In this document: positions 37,284 through 49,938 of the stretch, in pieces
Layout: the number at the start of each line of letters is the position of its first letter
How positions within the stretch are numbered: the stretch's first letter is position 1
NCBI GenBank assembly: GCA_001687465.1
Contig: LVLI01000295.1
Coordinates: forward strand, 1-64,000
Length of the DNA: 64,000 nucleotides
Origin: Halocafeteria seosinensis
Taxonomy: Eukaryota
Direction: 5' to 3'
Position numbers and translations under genes: made by a program
The notes under the pieces: generated by a model
What the model saw: only the letters and a program-made list of their open reading frames with translations
Databases searched by the model: none
What the model was told of the DNA's origin: nothing

Positions 37284-38740
37284 ATCCTTCAACACGCAGC
37301 GGGAGAAGGGGGTGAACCCCGGTAGTCGTTGAGTTGTTCTCAGTTCCGCAGAGACATTTTGCTGCAGTAGCTCTCTCAGACTTTCCAAAGATATTTCATC
37401 CGATCTTGTGCGCTTCGAGTCAAATATATAGGCAATGCCGTCTAGCAACGTGTCCGCGGATGCCTCATCGAAATCCCCCACCACGCGAAGCGCCTGCTTC
37501 AAAATATACTTTGGCACCTTTCGTCGCTTCTCATCCGCAAATAGTTTTACAGCATCAAGTAGCTCGTCACCTCTGCTCACTAGTGCTTTATTTAGCTTCG
37601 CGAACTCGCTGAATGTAATTGGATGACCCTTGGGGGCCATCCTCCGCCAGTCTTCCCAGGCGCCCACCAGCTTGTTAAATCGCTTTTGGGTGCAAAGATG
37701 TTGGCCGATCAAATAGCGCAAAAACGCCACTTCGTCCAAGCACTCATCGGGATCTTCATGTCCATGCAGCGAGTAGAGGATAAAAATATACTTCAAGATG
37801 TCCTTCTGCGCATCAAGAAAAGTGTTGCGAAGTTGATGAAATGGTACCCGTCTCTTCTGGATGGAGGCAATATACCAGCCGCATAATTTTCTGAGAAGTT
37901 GGGAATACTGCCGGATACAAGGATCTTCTAAACTTTGCTGTCGAGCTATTGCTGTGGCAAAAGTCTTCATTTCTTCGTCGCTCACTAGGCCGTCTTTATC
38001 AACATCGAGAAGATGCAGCAGTATCTCAACATAATTGTCTTGGAGTTTCAGTACCGACGTCAAGAAGAGGAATTCGCTTTCATCTATTTGACGCCAAGTT
38101 TTTGATGCTTTGCCGGTAGCTTTCCCTGAGGTGGGTAAGGACGAAGTTGACGACTGGAGCCATAGTTCAAAGGCCTGCTCCAACTTTTCCCGAGTGCGTA
38201 ATGTCTGCGGAATTCTGTGGTTGTGCAATTGCGCGATGACGAAGCCTGAAGAGCATAGCAACTCGAACCGTCTGATACTCCTGCTCGTAACAAAAATTGC
38301 TTGTACTTACTCTTCAGGGAAATGTGGCTATCGGATTCTTCATCAGTTCCCGCGCACATTCGGAAGAGTTCCTTAAGCGAATCACACGGCAGCAGCGGCT
38401 TCTGTGAGTGTGCCGGCACGAAACAAAAATTATATCATCAACCAATTCAACACGTAACTTAAGTTGCCTCAAATACTACTTCCAGGAGGCCTGTTATTCA
38501 AATTGCACCTACCTGCACTTCGGTTTCCACTGGAGGTAGCGGTGGTTCCTCCTCCTTCTGTTGCATGTAGCACATGCCCATTCCAGTCATAAACGTGTAT
38601 ACACAGCCTCTAAGAGCCAGATCCTGAAAGTTACGTCCGTATGCCCTCGAAAACCCGAGTGCATTGATAGTGCAGGAGGAAGCGGCTCGAGGCCAGATGG
38701 ATTCCAGAATGTGATTGATATGGCGCTTCATTGTTGTCAT
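37278..38740 (-). CDS. MICU-like mitochondrial calcium uptake EF-hand protein
   Basis: Presequence-like N-terminus, EFLFLTSVL...LLDVDKDGLVSDEE, ITFSEF...LKQALRVV...IFD and terminal FSRCV follow the MICU layout. Confidence 0.7.
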
Positions 38741-38836
38741 ATAAGCCGAAATTGAAATGTTATTCTAGTGAAGGGGTAAAAACATCACCTTTTTGCATTT
38801 GCATACATAATTATCAAGCCTAGGAAGGGTGCGAAT

Positions 38837-39854
38837 ATGGCATCTCCATTGGATATGCGTGCAATGATGCAGGAAGAGCTGCGAAGACATAAAGCAGCCC
38901 AGAAAGCAAGCCAGACCGGACAGAGCACATACGATAATGGTAGTGGGGGAGGTAGTCAAGAGAAGGAAGACAATGAATCGGGAACCCAAGTGTCCACTTC
39001 AACGCAAATCGTGGAGCATCCGCGTTATCAACTTCCTCCACGAGGATTTACGAAGGCGCCAGAGGAAGTAGGGGCGGTGTGGGAACGATACAAGATTACG
39101 CGCTTTCCATGCAACGAAGAACAACACGGAGAGTTCAGCAACCAACAGCTTCCGGGAACTTTGGCGTATGTTCCAGACTTCGTCTCTGTGGAAGAGGAAG
39201 TTAAGCTAACAGAGAGCATTCATTCATCGAGTTATAAAGAGAAATGGGTGCATCTGAAACACAGACGTCTGCAAAATTGGGGCGGCCATCCAACCTCCGG
39301 TGGTCTCACAGATAGAGAGCAACTACCTCAGTGGTTGGAAAGTGTCATTGACACACTGGTGGAGATCGAACTTTTCAGGGGTAATGTTCGGCCGAACCAC
39401 GTTTTGATTAATCAGTATCTCCCTGGAGAAGGTAAGTCTCTATCAAGGCTCTGCCTCCACCTCAATGCAGATAATGATACGATTCATGTCAATGATGGAT
39501 ATTCCAGGGATCCTTCCCCATACGGACGGACCTATATATTATCCTGTAGTAGCCATACTATCCCTCGAAGCACCTGCGTTGTTTCGTTTCCGACTTAATA
39601 GGGACGTCCAGATAACGGACGCATGCCCTATTGACAAGTTCTCCATAGTAGTGGAACCCCGCTCCCTTCTAATATTTTCACAGGACCTATACTCCTGCTA
39701 TCTCCACGGGATTGACGATGTGGTTGATGAGACCATTGAACAGACCTCGCTCATACCTGAAAATTCTGGATATCAAGTTGGAGATACCATTACCCGCGGG
39801 TTAAGAGAGTCCGCGACTATAAGACATGTTCCCCTTTCTTCTTGGACGACATGA
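38837..39854 (+). CDS. ALKBH6: AlkB homolog 6 (2OG-Fe(II) dioxygenase), 1 intron
   Basis: [54 protein letters not shown], YLHGI and RESATIRHV. Confidence 0.93.
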
Positions 39855-40707
39855 TAGATCGAACAACTTATAATAGTTTTGCATGAGGAGCATGTCTACA
39901 AGGAACGGAGAATGAAGTGCTGTATGTTCATAGAGACAAGCAATGATAGCTCCCAATTGGTGCTACTCCAAAACATGCGGACCAATTGGCGAGATCACTT
40001 CCAAAGGGAACCCAGGGCGGCGAGAGAGAGAACCAACACTGTCTATTCTGAAAGAACCTAGATATGCTACTCGCCTGCCACATTGGAACCTGTATCAATG
40101 TGGACCAGGGATACTAGATCCCGATTCAATCGAGAAGCATGAAAATTCCGACCTTTATTTCCTTCCACCTCAGGTTGTAAGTTGGAGTGTATTGATTCCC
40201 TCTCGTACGTTGTTGGGCAAACGAAGCGGAAATCCCCCGTTACAAGAGTCTTTTAACCTTTCGTTTTAGTACCTGGCGTGTTGGATATATTATAAATGCA
40301 GAGTGTATGATACTCATGGAACGGAGAACTTTGCGGTCCCATTGTGACAGAAGCTTGCCCTCAGGCAAGGGAAATCATGTTTATTGAAGGTGCTCGCTCA
40401 TAATGAACGGTCGTGAAAAAGCGTAAAATTGCGAATTTTGAGGTGTTTTCACTGTCTAGAAACTACGAGAATAACAGGAAATTCTCCATGTTCAATTTCG
40501 GCGGGCTTCGGTGTTGGTTCCTTGAACTTTCTTCGCTGGGTTTTGTGAACCCCCTTGTGTAGCTCAGCAGGCTGCTCCAGCGGAGTCCAGCCTGTTCAGA
40601 GCCTCAGGCTGGTCACCTTTTCCTTGTAGATTCAACTTAATGAACGTATATAGTGGACTGTGTGTGATGTACAACAAGGGATTTGTTTTAAATAAACACG
40701 CATCAAA

Positions 40708-42066
40708 ATGTCATTGTCAATACTGACAAGAAGGATTGGGTACGTTATCTGTAGAATCTATTATTGTGTACTCATCGCACGGTACTGTATCTCTATGGTG
40801 GAGTCGGCACACTTGTATGGTATAGCGCTTAAGTCACCTCATTGCTGTATATTTTGAACTTACTGCCATTTTTGCACACACAGGAACGCATTGAGCACTG
40901 ATTTGCCCCTCATGCTCCTTGCTCATGGCGGAAGCTTTTGTAAAGAAACCTGGAACCCGTTTGTCTCAGCCTTGGATCGCTTTTTGACAGCGGGGGGAAA
41001 GGGTGCCGATATATTAGCGCTCGATTTCAGTGGCCATGGCGACTCTTGGAGAAAAGAAGTGAACTTATCACCCGGAGGAGGTTTTCCGTCAGCTGACGTG
41101 AGCCATGTTATAGAATATATAAGGAACTTGGGCGAACACCGCACTGAACAGCTTTTTCAACCAGTTCCCCAAGTTAGCCGCGTTAACGTCAACGAGCACA
41201 CGGGGGACCAACTTCCTCTTCCTGGAAACAGGACTCTGTACGCGGTAGGACACTCAATGGGTGGAACTGCTATCTTAGGCGTTGAGCAACGAAACCCAGG
41301 GACATTCCACAGGATGGTGTGTTTCGAACCCATAGTGTTCCCCCAAGAGCTTTCGCGAGGAGAAGACAGCAATGTAAGGCATTGTAGGACTCTATTCACT
41401 TTACTTATCCGAAACTGATGCCCCTGCTTCTTCCACCACAGCTCGTAAGGGGTGCTTTGAAACGTCGAAACTATTTTGTTACGCTGGAAGACGCAAGTTC
41501 ACATTTCGAGAAGGTTTTCAAGGTAAGTGTCTTCGTCAAAAACGAGCGCTACGGGATCCGCACGCTGTTCCATTCAACGTCAGAGTTTTGACACCAAGGT
41601 GTTAAGGGAATTTGTGCAACATGGTCTCAGAAAAGTGGAACCTCAAGATCCTCTATTTGAAATTGAACGCCTTGACAAGGAGGCATATGAAGGGTATACA
41701 CTCAAATGCATGCGTAGAGTAGAAGCAAAATTGTATTCGACGGTTCCTAAGGAGTGGGAGTATTTGCATAAAGTCAGGTGCCCAGTGGCACTCTTCCGTG
41801 GGGAAAACAGGTAGTGCCTAGATTCACAGCGTCTGTACTTGACTGGCTATGTGCCTTACAATACTATTTCCTATCCCTGCAGTGCCATCTTCGGCAACGA
41901 GGAAAGTACGCGAAACGTCTACGAGAAAGTCCAGCAGAGGTTAAAGAGTTGTGTGTCCTTAGAGACGATCAATAATAGTTCCCACTTTATGGTGCTCGAA
42001 CATCCTGAAAAATGCGCGGAGTTAGTCGGTACATCACTTCAACTTGTGCAAACAGGCGAAGTCTAG
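40708..42066 (+). CDS. Alpha/beta hydrolase, paralog 1
   Basis: LLAHGGSFCKETW, DFSGHGDS, GHSMGG, FEPIVFP and HFMVLEHP. First exon MSLSILTRRIG splices in frame via intron 40740-40883. Confidence 0.88.
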
Positions 42067-43259
42067 GGACGGAGCCAGCCTTCAGAGGCCCTTCACCCAT
42101 TCGTCCACCCCTCGATGCTGAGGGGATGCGGTCGTCTTCTTACAGATGGGTATAAGATATGTGCTTGTACAACGGCTTTGTATTCGTTGGCAAAATCCAT
42201 GGTGGAGAATGATGCAGACCTTTCCGAAGCTGATGAACCAAACTGCCTATGACGCTGATGCGCCACAACGTGAGGATGCTGATGCGGTTCCGGGCAGTTC
42301 ACTCTTCCCGACCTAGTGCAGCATGTAGACTAGATTTCTTTCGATAGGAGAAATACTAATACACATCCCGGCATACAATCGCGGGCGACAAAACTGAGGA
42401 ACCACGCAATCTCTCTTCTCTGCTGATACATATGTATCTGCTCTACTGAAAGACCCTAGATGGGTCACTTCCGTTCACGTCGCACTGAAGACCGAAACAA
42501 GCACATACGGATCCTTACAGCTTCGACCAGTAAGAATTGGAATTATTTCCGAAGCCACAAGCTCGCAAATAAGTGATTCACCCACAAGAATGCAGCCCGC
42601 TGTACTGGCTGAATGAATCTCCGTCCATCCTGGCAAAAGATGTTCACTGCAGTAGAGCGCCTGATCAATTTCAATGGGTTCGCAAGTTCGTCGAGGACGA
42701 CCTGAAGAAGACTGCATCCCGCACCTATTTGCATCTTGATTCTTGATGAACCGCTGTTTTACTGTGTGACACGACACACACACCGTATCTGAATGGGCCT
42801 TCGATGCTGTGGGAAGATACAGTTGTGTGCGCGATGCCAGCGGTGCACATTAAGCAGCTTCTACGGATCGTGTATCGGAACCTACTCGTTGTGGTTACTG
42901 GTTACAGACGTTGGTTGTACGTGACTTGCAGATTGAAGACTCCATTGAGCCTTCACACACTGCGGCCACACCGGATCTGAAGCCTCATACTGTAGTGAAG
43001 TGTAGTCTCCATGTAAACAATTGACATAGATAAGCTGATCAAAGTTGGCAATATCCTAGACACTGATTGCGCATAATTGAACAACAAGTTGTCAACAGCG
43101 CCGCCTTGCATGTTGTAGTTTGGAATGCTTCACATTTCGATCTTCACATTCTCGTCGCGGGAAGTGCTTGATACATATATGATGTCAGAAGTGGTGTTTG
43201 TGGGTTCGGAAGATTAACTGTCAGCATAACGAACCATAGCTCCGGAGAAAAGTGACCGC

Positions 43260-44673
43260 ATGGCAGGGAGTTTGGCCTTGTTCACGCAGAGAATTGGGTG
43301 AGTCATGGGACAATACTCGATGGCAAGGAAACAACAGCACCGCATTGTATGTACCAATCCTTGTAACACAGGGCGCCTCCTGCACGTCCAAGTCCGTTGC
43401 TTCTTCTAGCTCATGCGGGAAGCTTTTGCAAGGAAGTGTGGCGACCGTTCATCGGTCATTTGGATGGTATTCTTCGAAAGAATGGCAACCATGCCTGTGT
43501 AGTAGCGTTCGACCTTAGCGGACATGGCAATTCGGCCCACAGATGGAAGCCGGGGACAAATTTCAACCATTTTGGTGGAAAAGATGTACTTGACGCCTTG
43601 GAGTATTGCAGGAGAAATAATGACAGTGCAGTGTTCACAGAGAACCCACGGTGGACGAGTTTCGACCCTTCCGCCGAAACGAACAAAGGTTATTCGCAGT
43701 CTGAAATAGCGTGGGAAGAAATTTATGGGATTGGTACGTTCTCGCATTTTTGTGACGCGGGATTTAATACCTTTACCTATCCGGAGATTCTGGAGGGACT
43801 TGCAGGACATTCCGTAGGAGGGAGCGCCGTTATCCAGGCGGAATACCTGAGCAAGGGCCAATTCAAAAACATTGTTGCGTTTGAGCCGGTAATCTACCCG
43901 CCACTGAACAATCTAAAGTTTACCGTGGACAATCCTGTACGACTAGACCGAGGATAGCAGGCGTTGACCTGGATTCCTGACCGAAGTGTCTATATTCCCG
44001 CAGTTGTCGGTCGGCGCTGAACGTAGGAAAGCGGCCTTCCCTAGCAAGAAGGCTGCACTAGAATATCTGAGAGACAAGCCAATATTTAAAGTGAGTGTTT
44101 GCTGCGTATAAAGCCTTTTGTTTTCGTCACTGGCTAATCGCGTGGAGACTACAGACCTGGGACTCGCAATGTCTGGAAGAATTTATTACAAACGGGTTGA
44201 GAGGTATTGAAGCAGACGATGAACGCCCTTCTTCAGAAGACAACGTTACTCTAAAGTGCGATAAATATTATGAGGCGCAAATGTACCGAACTTATCCAGA
44301 GATGTGGGATCATATCCACAAGGTACAGTGCCTTTGTCATGTTTTATTAGGTAAAGAAAGGTACGCAGACACTGAGATGTATACGTAACGTAACGTTAAT
44401 CTTAAGCAGTGGTGTCGCAGCGAAATGTTTGCGGGTATTTCTAGCGGAATGCCCACGGCAACAATCGTGGAAAGAGTTGCACGACAGCTTTCGAATAGCA
44501 CCTTCGGTGTAAGATACCTCCATGTAATATCCGCCCTGAAAGCACATATAACTGATTTGACTTGTTGCATCAATTATCAGGTGATTCCCGATTGCGGGCA
44601 CTTCATGATCATGGAACGACCACGATTGTGCGCAGAAATAGTGGCAAGAAAAACAGGATTAGATACATCTTAG
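43260..44673 (+). CDS. Alpha/beta hydrolase, paralog 2
   Basis: LLAHAGSFCKEVW, DLSGHGNS, GHSVGG, FEPVIYP and GHFMIMERP. First exon is MAGSLALFTQRIG. Confidence 0.88.
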
Positions 44674-44689
44674 GACAAACTCCATCTCC

Positions 44690-45435
44690 TTAGAGTACCG
44701 TCATTTGTAAAGCAGAGAGCGCCCATTCCGGTCCATGATTGGAACCACCTGCAGCGTGAACAAGTAGCACAGTGGCACGAGTATACGCGCGTAACAGCTG
44801 CTCGGGGAGCATATCCAATAAGTAGTACGGACCTTCAGTTAGTCCTGCTCGTGCTTTCGCTTGTTCTTCATTCAAGCATGTTAGGACGCCAAATAGTATT
44901 GGTTTCTCCTGCTTGATTGAAACTTGTGTCAATCCGTGTGATACAGCGGAAGCAATGTATTCAAAATGCATAGTATCGCCTGCAGTATGGCCAGATGAAC
45001 AGAACAAAGGATGACGCAAGTCTTCCAAACCTTATGTTTACCCATGGAACACTGTTCAATGTTTGCGTTTGATCCCCTCACCTTTGATAAGACACCCGAT
45101 ACAAATAATTGCTTCCACATCGGGATGTTTTCTAGCCATTCGATCCGCTGCGTATGTGAGCTCGTAAGCTCCAGGGACTTCCATGGTGACAATGTTGTCC
45201 TTTTGAACACGACATTCCACGAGCTTATTGATGCAGCCTACCACCAGTGAATCAATTACTCTTTTATTCCATTGGGTGTAGATCACTCCTATTTTGGTGT
45301 TGCTGAAGTCCTTGTCAGCAAAACTGTCTTCCGACCGTGTGATTCCCTGGAAAGAAACAAAACAGCGTCCCATACAGCATAGACACAGCCAACCAACAAG
45401 AAAAATGGTGCACGAATGTTTACCTTGAGGGCCAT
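44690..45435 (-). CDS. RIB4: 6,7-dimethyl-8-ribityllumazine synthase, 3 introns
   Basis: IYTQWN, EVPGAYEL, IGCLIKG-DTMHFEYI, PILFGVLTCLNEEQAKARAG and NHGPEW. Confidence 0.95.
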
Positions 45436-45584
45436 TTTTTGCAGTTAGCTTGTCTGTTGTATTAATGTGCTACGCAACAAATCCCGATATACGCACGTGT
45501 GTGCTCTTGTGAAGGTCCCATCGGGCAAGTAGCGCTCAAACAAAAGTTATGGGGTTGGTAATGGTAAGAAGAGTCAAATGGTGT

Positions 45585-46600
45585 TCATTGTCGCTTTTCC
45601 CTAGTATCATTCTCCTCTTCTGAAGAGTCAGAGTCTGCATCAGCTATATACTTGTCAAGATCGTCCTCTATGCTTTCTTCCGTGTCGGAGTCTTCCTCCT
45701 CTTCTTCGAGGACACCTGCAGAAGGTGGTATCGCTCGATAAAAGAAATGTACGCCAGCAAGAGCATACATTAATGTAGCACGTACCCTGTTCTTCTAATC
45801 TCCTTATTTCATCCTCACTAAGATTGGTCACTGCTTCCCATTCCTTGTCTAAGAACTGGGCTATATTTGTTGTGTTAATCGCTGAATGGCATGCAGGAGG
45901 AAACTCGTTCAGACGGACTCAGGACATGCATACGGAGGCAGTCGTCAATTACATACCTCCCATGCTACTCATTTGATGTTTAATCCGCTTCTTCTCTTGC
46001 TCATATAGTTCTTCATTCTGCGCTATTTCCGGATTTTGGTTCAGCATTTGTTGCTCCGCTTGCTGCTGTAAATGGTCCTTAAACCTCGGATCACGTCTGT
46101 AGACAGGAGACACAGAAACAACATCAATCCAACGAATACATACTGATAGGGGAACTTTTACTCTAAGACGTACGTTGATTGTTCATAAAATAGGTATTGG
46201 CTGAGTACACGCTCGGCTCTGTACATAAGAATTCAAAGAGTCACAAGGTGGACAAAAATGCTTCATACGTTCGAAACACGAAGCCATTACAAGCATTCGT
46301 ATCTCGTACATTGTTCAACCTACCTTCCCTTCAACTGCTGGATCGCCGCCTCGTTTGTTTCATTCATATTCTGCTTGAATTGTGTACGGACGACATTCCG
46401 GAGCACATCAGCTTTCGGGCTCTGCATCAAACCAACCAAACGGAAGGGAATGGCCCGTGGCAGAATCAAAGCAGTACAATTTTCAGAGGTTCTGTCACAC
46501 ATACATTCCCTGCCATGTGCTGTATAAGCCTCAAACAGTCTCTATAGACTTGTTTGGTGGTCTTCATGTGACCAGCTCCACCTCCCCCAGCAGCATTCAT
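45585..46600 (-). CDS. LYR-motif (Complex1_LYR) protein with acidic C-terminal extension, 5 introns
   Basis: QVYRDCLRLIQHMAG-SPKADVLRNVVRTQFKQN..ETNEAAIQQLK. Downstream exons splice to EEEEEDSDTEE...KRQ*. Confidence 0.75.
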
Positions 46601-46859
46601 TGTCTCTTTCCCAAGCTCGAACTACTACGCGTCTGCGGCGCACAATAGATAGAGGACGTATCCAACTTGCATTTAATGCTCTTTCAAACCTTTCTACGTA
46701 TCAAAACGAGCAAGCAATTGGCAAGCAAGTATTGGTACACTAAGTGTGCCAAAAGATTGTACGATTGAGGCGACTCTTAATAAGATGGCAATGCAGGAAG
46801 TGTATACAGCCGAATTGTTGATTTGCGACGACGGTATATAGGTAGAGACTAGAACAGAA

Positions 46860-49859
46860 ATGAGCGCCTGCCGGAGCAGATTGGTGGTGCTGTTGCATCG
46901 TACCACCAGCAATCTGCCTTCGGCACCCAATGCTGCTGCTTCTCAACGAAGTTCTTCAGCGGCTTCAGGAGGCTCTTCCAGTGGACGTGGACCTGTTCTA
47001 GTGGAAAGGAAAATCGCTTCGCTTGTCGCCTTCCATTCTTCGGTCCCTTCTTCATCGCCGTCGCCCGGAGGAGGAGGAGGAGGAGTGGGGGAAGAAGTGG
47101 TTGACCCCAAGAGAACTTCGTTCCTGACATCACAACAACACATTGGGACGGTGTTTTTCCATAATGTCGCGTATGAACATGATGAATCAAAGAGTTTGCG
47201 GGGACCAACGACGAGCCGTGCCATTTCCGGTGTCGGTAGACGAGCCAGAACGAGCACCTCGCGTCAAGATCCTTCACGACCCCCTGCTACAGAGCGATCA
47301 TTTTGGACACTTAGCAAGAAAACGGCTACCTCTGATAATGCAATCAACAGCAGGTCTAATACAGGGCTGTTTGGTCTCCCCCAATTATTGAAACCGAGGG
47401 ACTATGACACTCTTTGCCAAGATGCCATCCGCGAAGCCAATCAGTTACTAGACGAGGCGGTGGAAAAATCGCAACGACTGCAAACAAAAATGGAAGAAGA
47501 AGGGACGTTTGAAACATGTGTATCAGAGGCTGTGAAGGTTCTGAAATTGTTAGATAGTATATCAGATGCAGTGTGTAAAGTAGTCGACTCGGCGGAACTG
47601 TGTCGGAACGTCCACTCCAGTGTTGAGTGGAGACAGCAAGCAGAACAGGCGTCTGCCACGTTGTTACATTTTATCTTTCAATTGAATACGAAACCGTCGC
47701 TGTACCATGCTCTGTGTACGGTGACAAAGCATAAGTCGCTGCTTCGCCAATTGTCCAGTGAACAGCAGAGGGTTGCTCTTCTTCTGCAGCATGAATTTGA
47801 ACGAGACGGTATCCATCTCCCCCAAGAACAGCGAGAACAACAGGTTCAATTGAGCGATAAGGCCTCTCGGCTTGGAATGCAATTTAGTAGGAACATTTCT
47901 GGTTCTTGCGTGTATTTCACTTTAGGTCCTGTGGAAAGGCTGCGGCATATATCCGGTCTACAGGCATTTCTTACCGATAAGAATGATTCAGAATGGATAA
48001 CCCTACCTACCAATCCGAGTATTTGCAATGCCATTTTAAGATCGGTGGAAGATGAGAGTATTCGCCGAGATACGAAGAAAGCAATGTACCGAGCTTATGA
48101 AGATAATATCCCTATTCTGCATGAACTTGTTGCAACGCGGCGCCAATTAGCACAGCTAATCGGATTCCGAAGCTATGGTGATTTTGTTATGTTTGATCGG
48201 ATGGCCGACTCTCCCGAAGAAGTTATTCTATTTCTACATCGGTTGTCGAACAAAATTCGCAAGAAGGGTCATGCTGAGTTCAAGGCTATGCAACGCGCCA
48301 AACATGGGCATCTGTCCAGACACGGTGGTATTCCCGTACCGCTAAAGACTTCGGAGCTAGCAGAATTCAATACACTCGACCAGTTGGATCGACCCCATCA
48401 AGAGCTTGGATACGATGCTTCGTCTTATTGGGATGATCACAAGTGCAGTGATACCTCCCTGGATGCCCTTGAAACGCCTGTCTATTCTTGGGATGCCTCC
48501 TATTACAAACAACTGCTTCAAAGTCACTGGTTTGAGTTTGATAATTCTTTGTTGAAACCATACTTTTCGCTGAAGAATATGATTGATGGTATAGGATTAA
48601 TTGTGAACGAGCTATTCGGTATTACATTGCAAGAAGTTGAGCTCCACGATAATGAAGCGTGGGATTGTCAGAATGCCAGGAAGTCAAGTTTGCGAAAATT
48701 CGTTCTGATCCACGAAGAGGACGGACCTCTGGGTACGATTTACCTTGATATGTTTGCTCGGCCTAACAAAAGCGCTGGGGCTGCTCATTATGTAGTGAGA
48801 TGCGGGAGACAGCTTTACTGGGAGGCCGGGCATGACTTGCAAGTAGAACATCCAGCTACGTTACCAGGAAATAACATTGAATCATCAAAGGAGTTTCAAA
48901 TGCCAATTGTATCGTTGATAATGTCGTTCTCACCCAACCAGGGAGGTGGTCAAGGAGACAAGGTGCTGCTTACTCCTCCAGAAGTCGAGACTTTGTTCCA
49001 CGAGTTCGGTCATGCCTTGCATTCACTTCTTTCGCGCACTGAATTTCAGCATCTGAGTGGAACTCGAGGTGCCTTAGATTTTGTGGAACTGCCAAGCCAT
49101 CTTTTCGAATATTTCGCAACTGACTGGAGAGTTCTACAACGCTTTGCGAAACACTACGACACTGGAGAACCTGTACCGAAGGCGCTGGTGGAAAGATATA
49201 AGCTAGGAAAAAAGGCGTTTTCCGCGACTGAGCTCCAAAGTCAAATTGTTCACGCAATGCTAGACCAAGCACTATATTCTGCCAACCCCCGTGCTGTCGC
49301 ACGATCTACCTACGTTGCCTCCGGTGGCCCAGGGGAAGGTCTCCGGGACGACGTTCACTACGAACAGCATATTGGGGACTTTTCTGAGTCTATACAGGCA
49401 GAAGAGCAGGATGTAGACAGTACACGCTTGTTATGGGACATCGAAAAGCGTCATAGCTTCCTAGAGCCGTTGGAGTACTCTGCGTGGCCTGGTGCATTTT
49501 CGCATTTAGTGAACTACGGTGCCGGTTATTACTCATACTTGTAAGACACTAAGACTGTAGCCTACACTTCGATTGGTTCGGACACATTTGGTGGATTGCA
49601 GATATGCACGAATGTTTGCAGCTGCGGTATGGCGCAAGTTGTTTTCGGAAAACCCTTTGGATCGAAATGCCGGAGAAATATACCGGCGTAAAGTAGGTCA
49701 TTTTGGCATGATGTGCATGTCCAAAAAGTGTTCAGCATATTGCTTTTGCAGGTGCTATCGAAAGGGGGAGGAGAGGATCCGCGTGAACTACTTAGGAGCG
49801 TCTTGAATGGCGAACCCGATATCACTGCTCTGCTCCAAGAAATGGGCATCGAGGAATAA
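46860..49859 (+). CDS. MIPEP: Mitochondrial intermediate peptidase (M3 family), 2 introns near the 3' end
   Basis: LDSISDAVCKVVDSAELCRNVH, FERDGIHL, TLFHEFGHALHSLL, GTRGALDFVELPS and HLVNYGAGYYSY. Confidence 0.95.
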
Positions 49860-49938
49860 CAACTGAATAACACATGCAAGATTAATCGAAGTATTCCCAG
49901 CTACCCTTACTATGATACGCTGTACAGCACTACTCGGA

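Noticed and set aside
39880..40700. Short ORFs and an 8-bp hairpin (CCAGCCTG/CAGGCTGG) downstream of ALKBH6
   Set aside because: No motif support or splice pattern that builds a credible gene.
30541..45435. Sepiapterin reductase, RUS protein and lumazine synthase as a cofactor gene cluster
   Set aside because: They belong to different pathways and are separated by unrelated genes.
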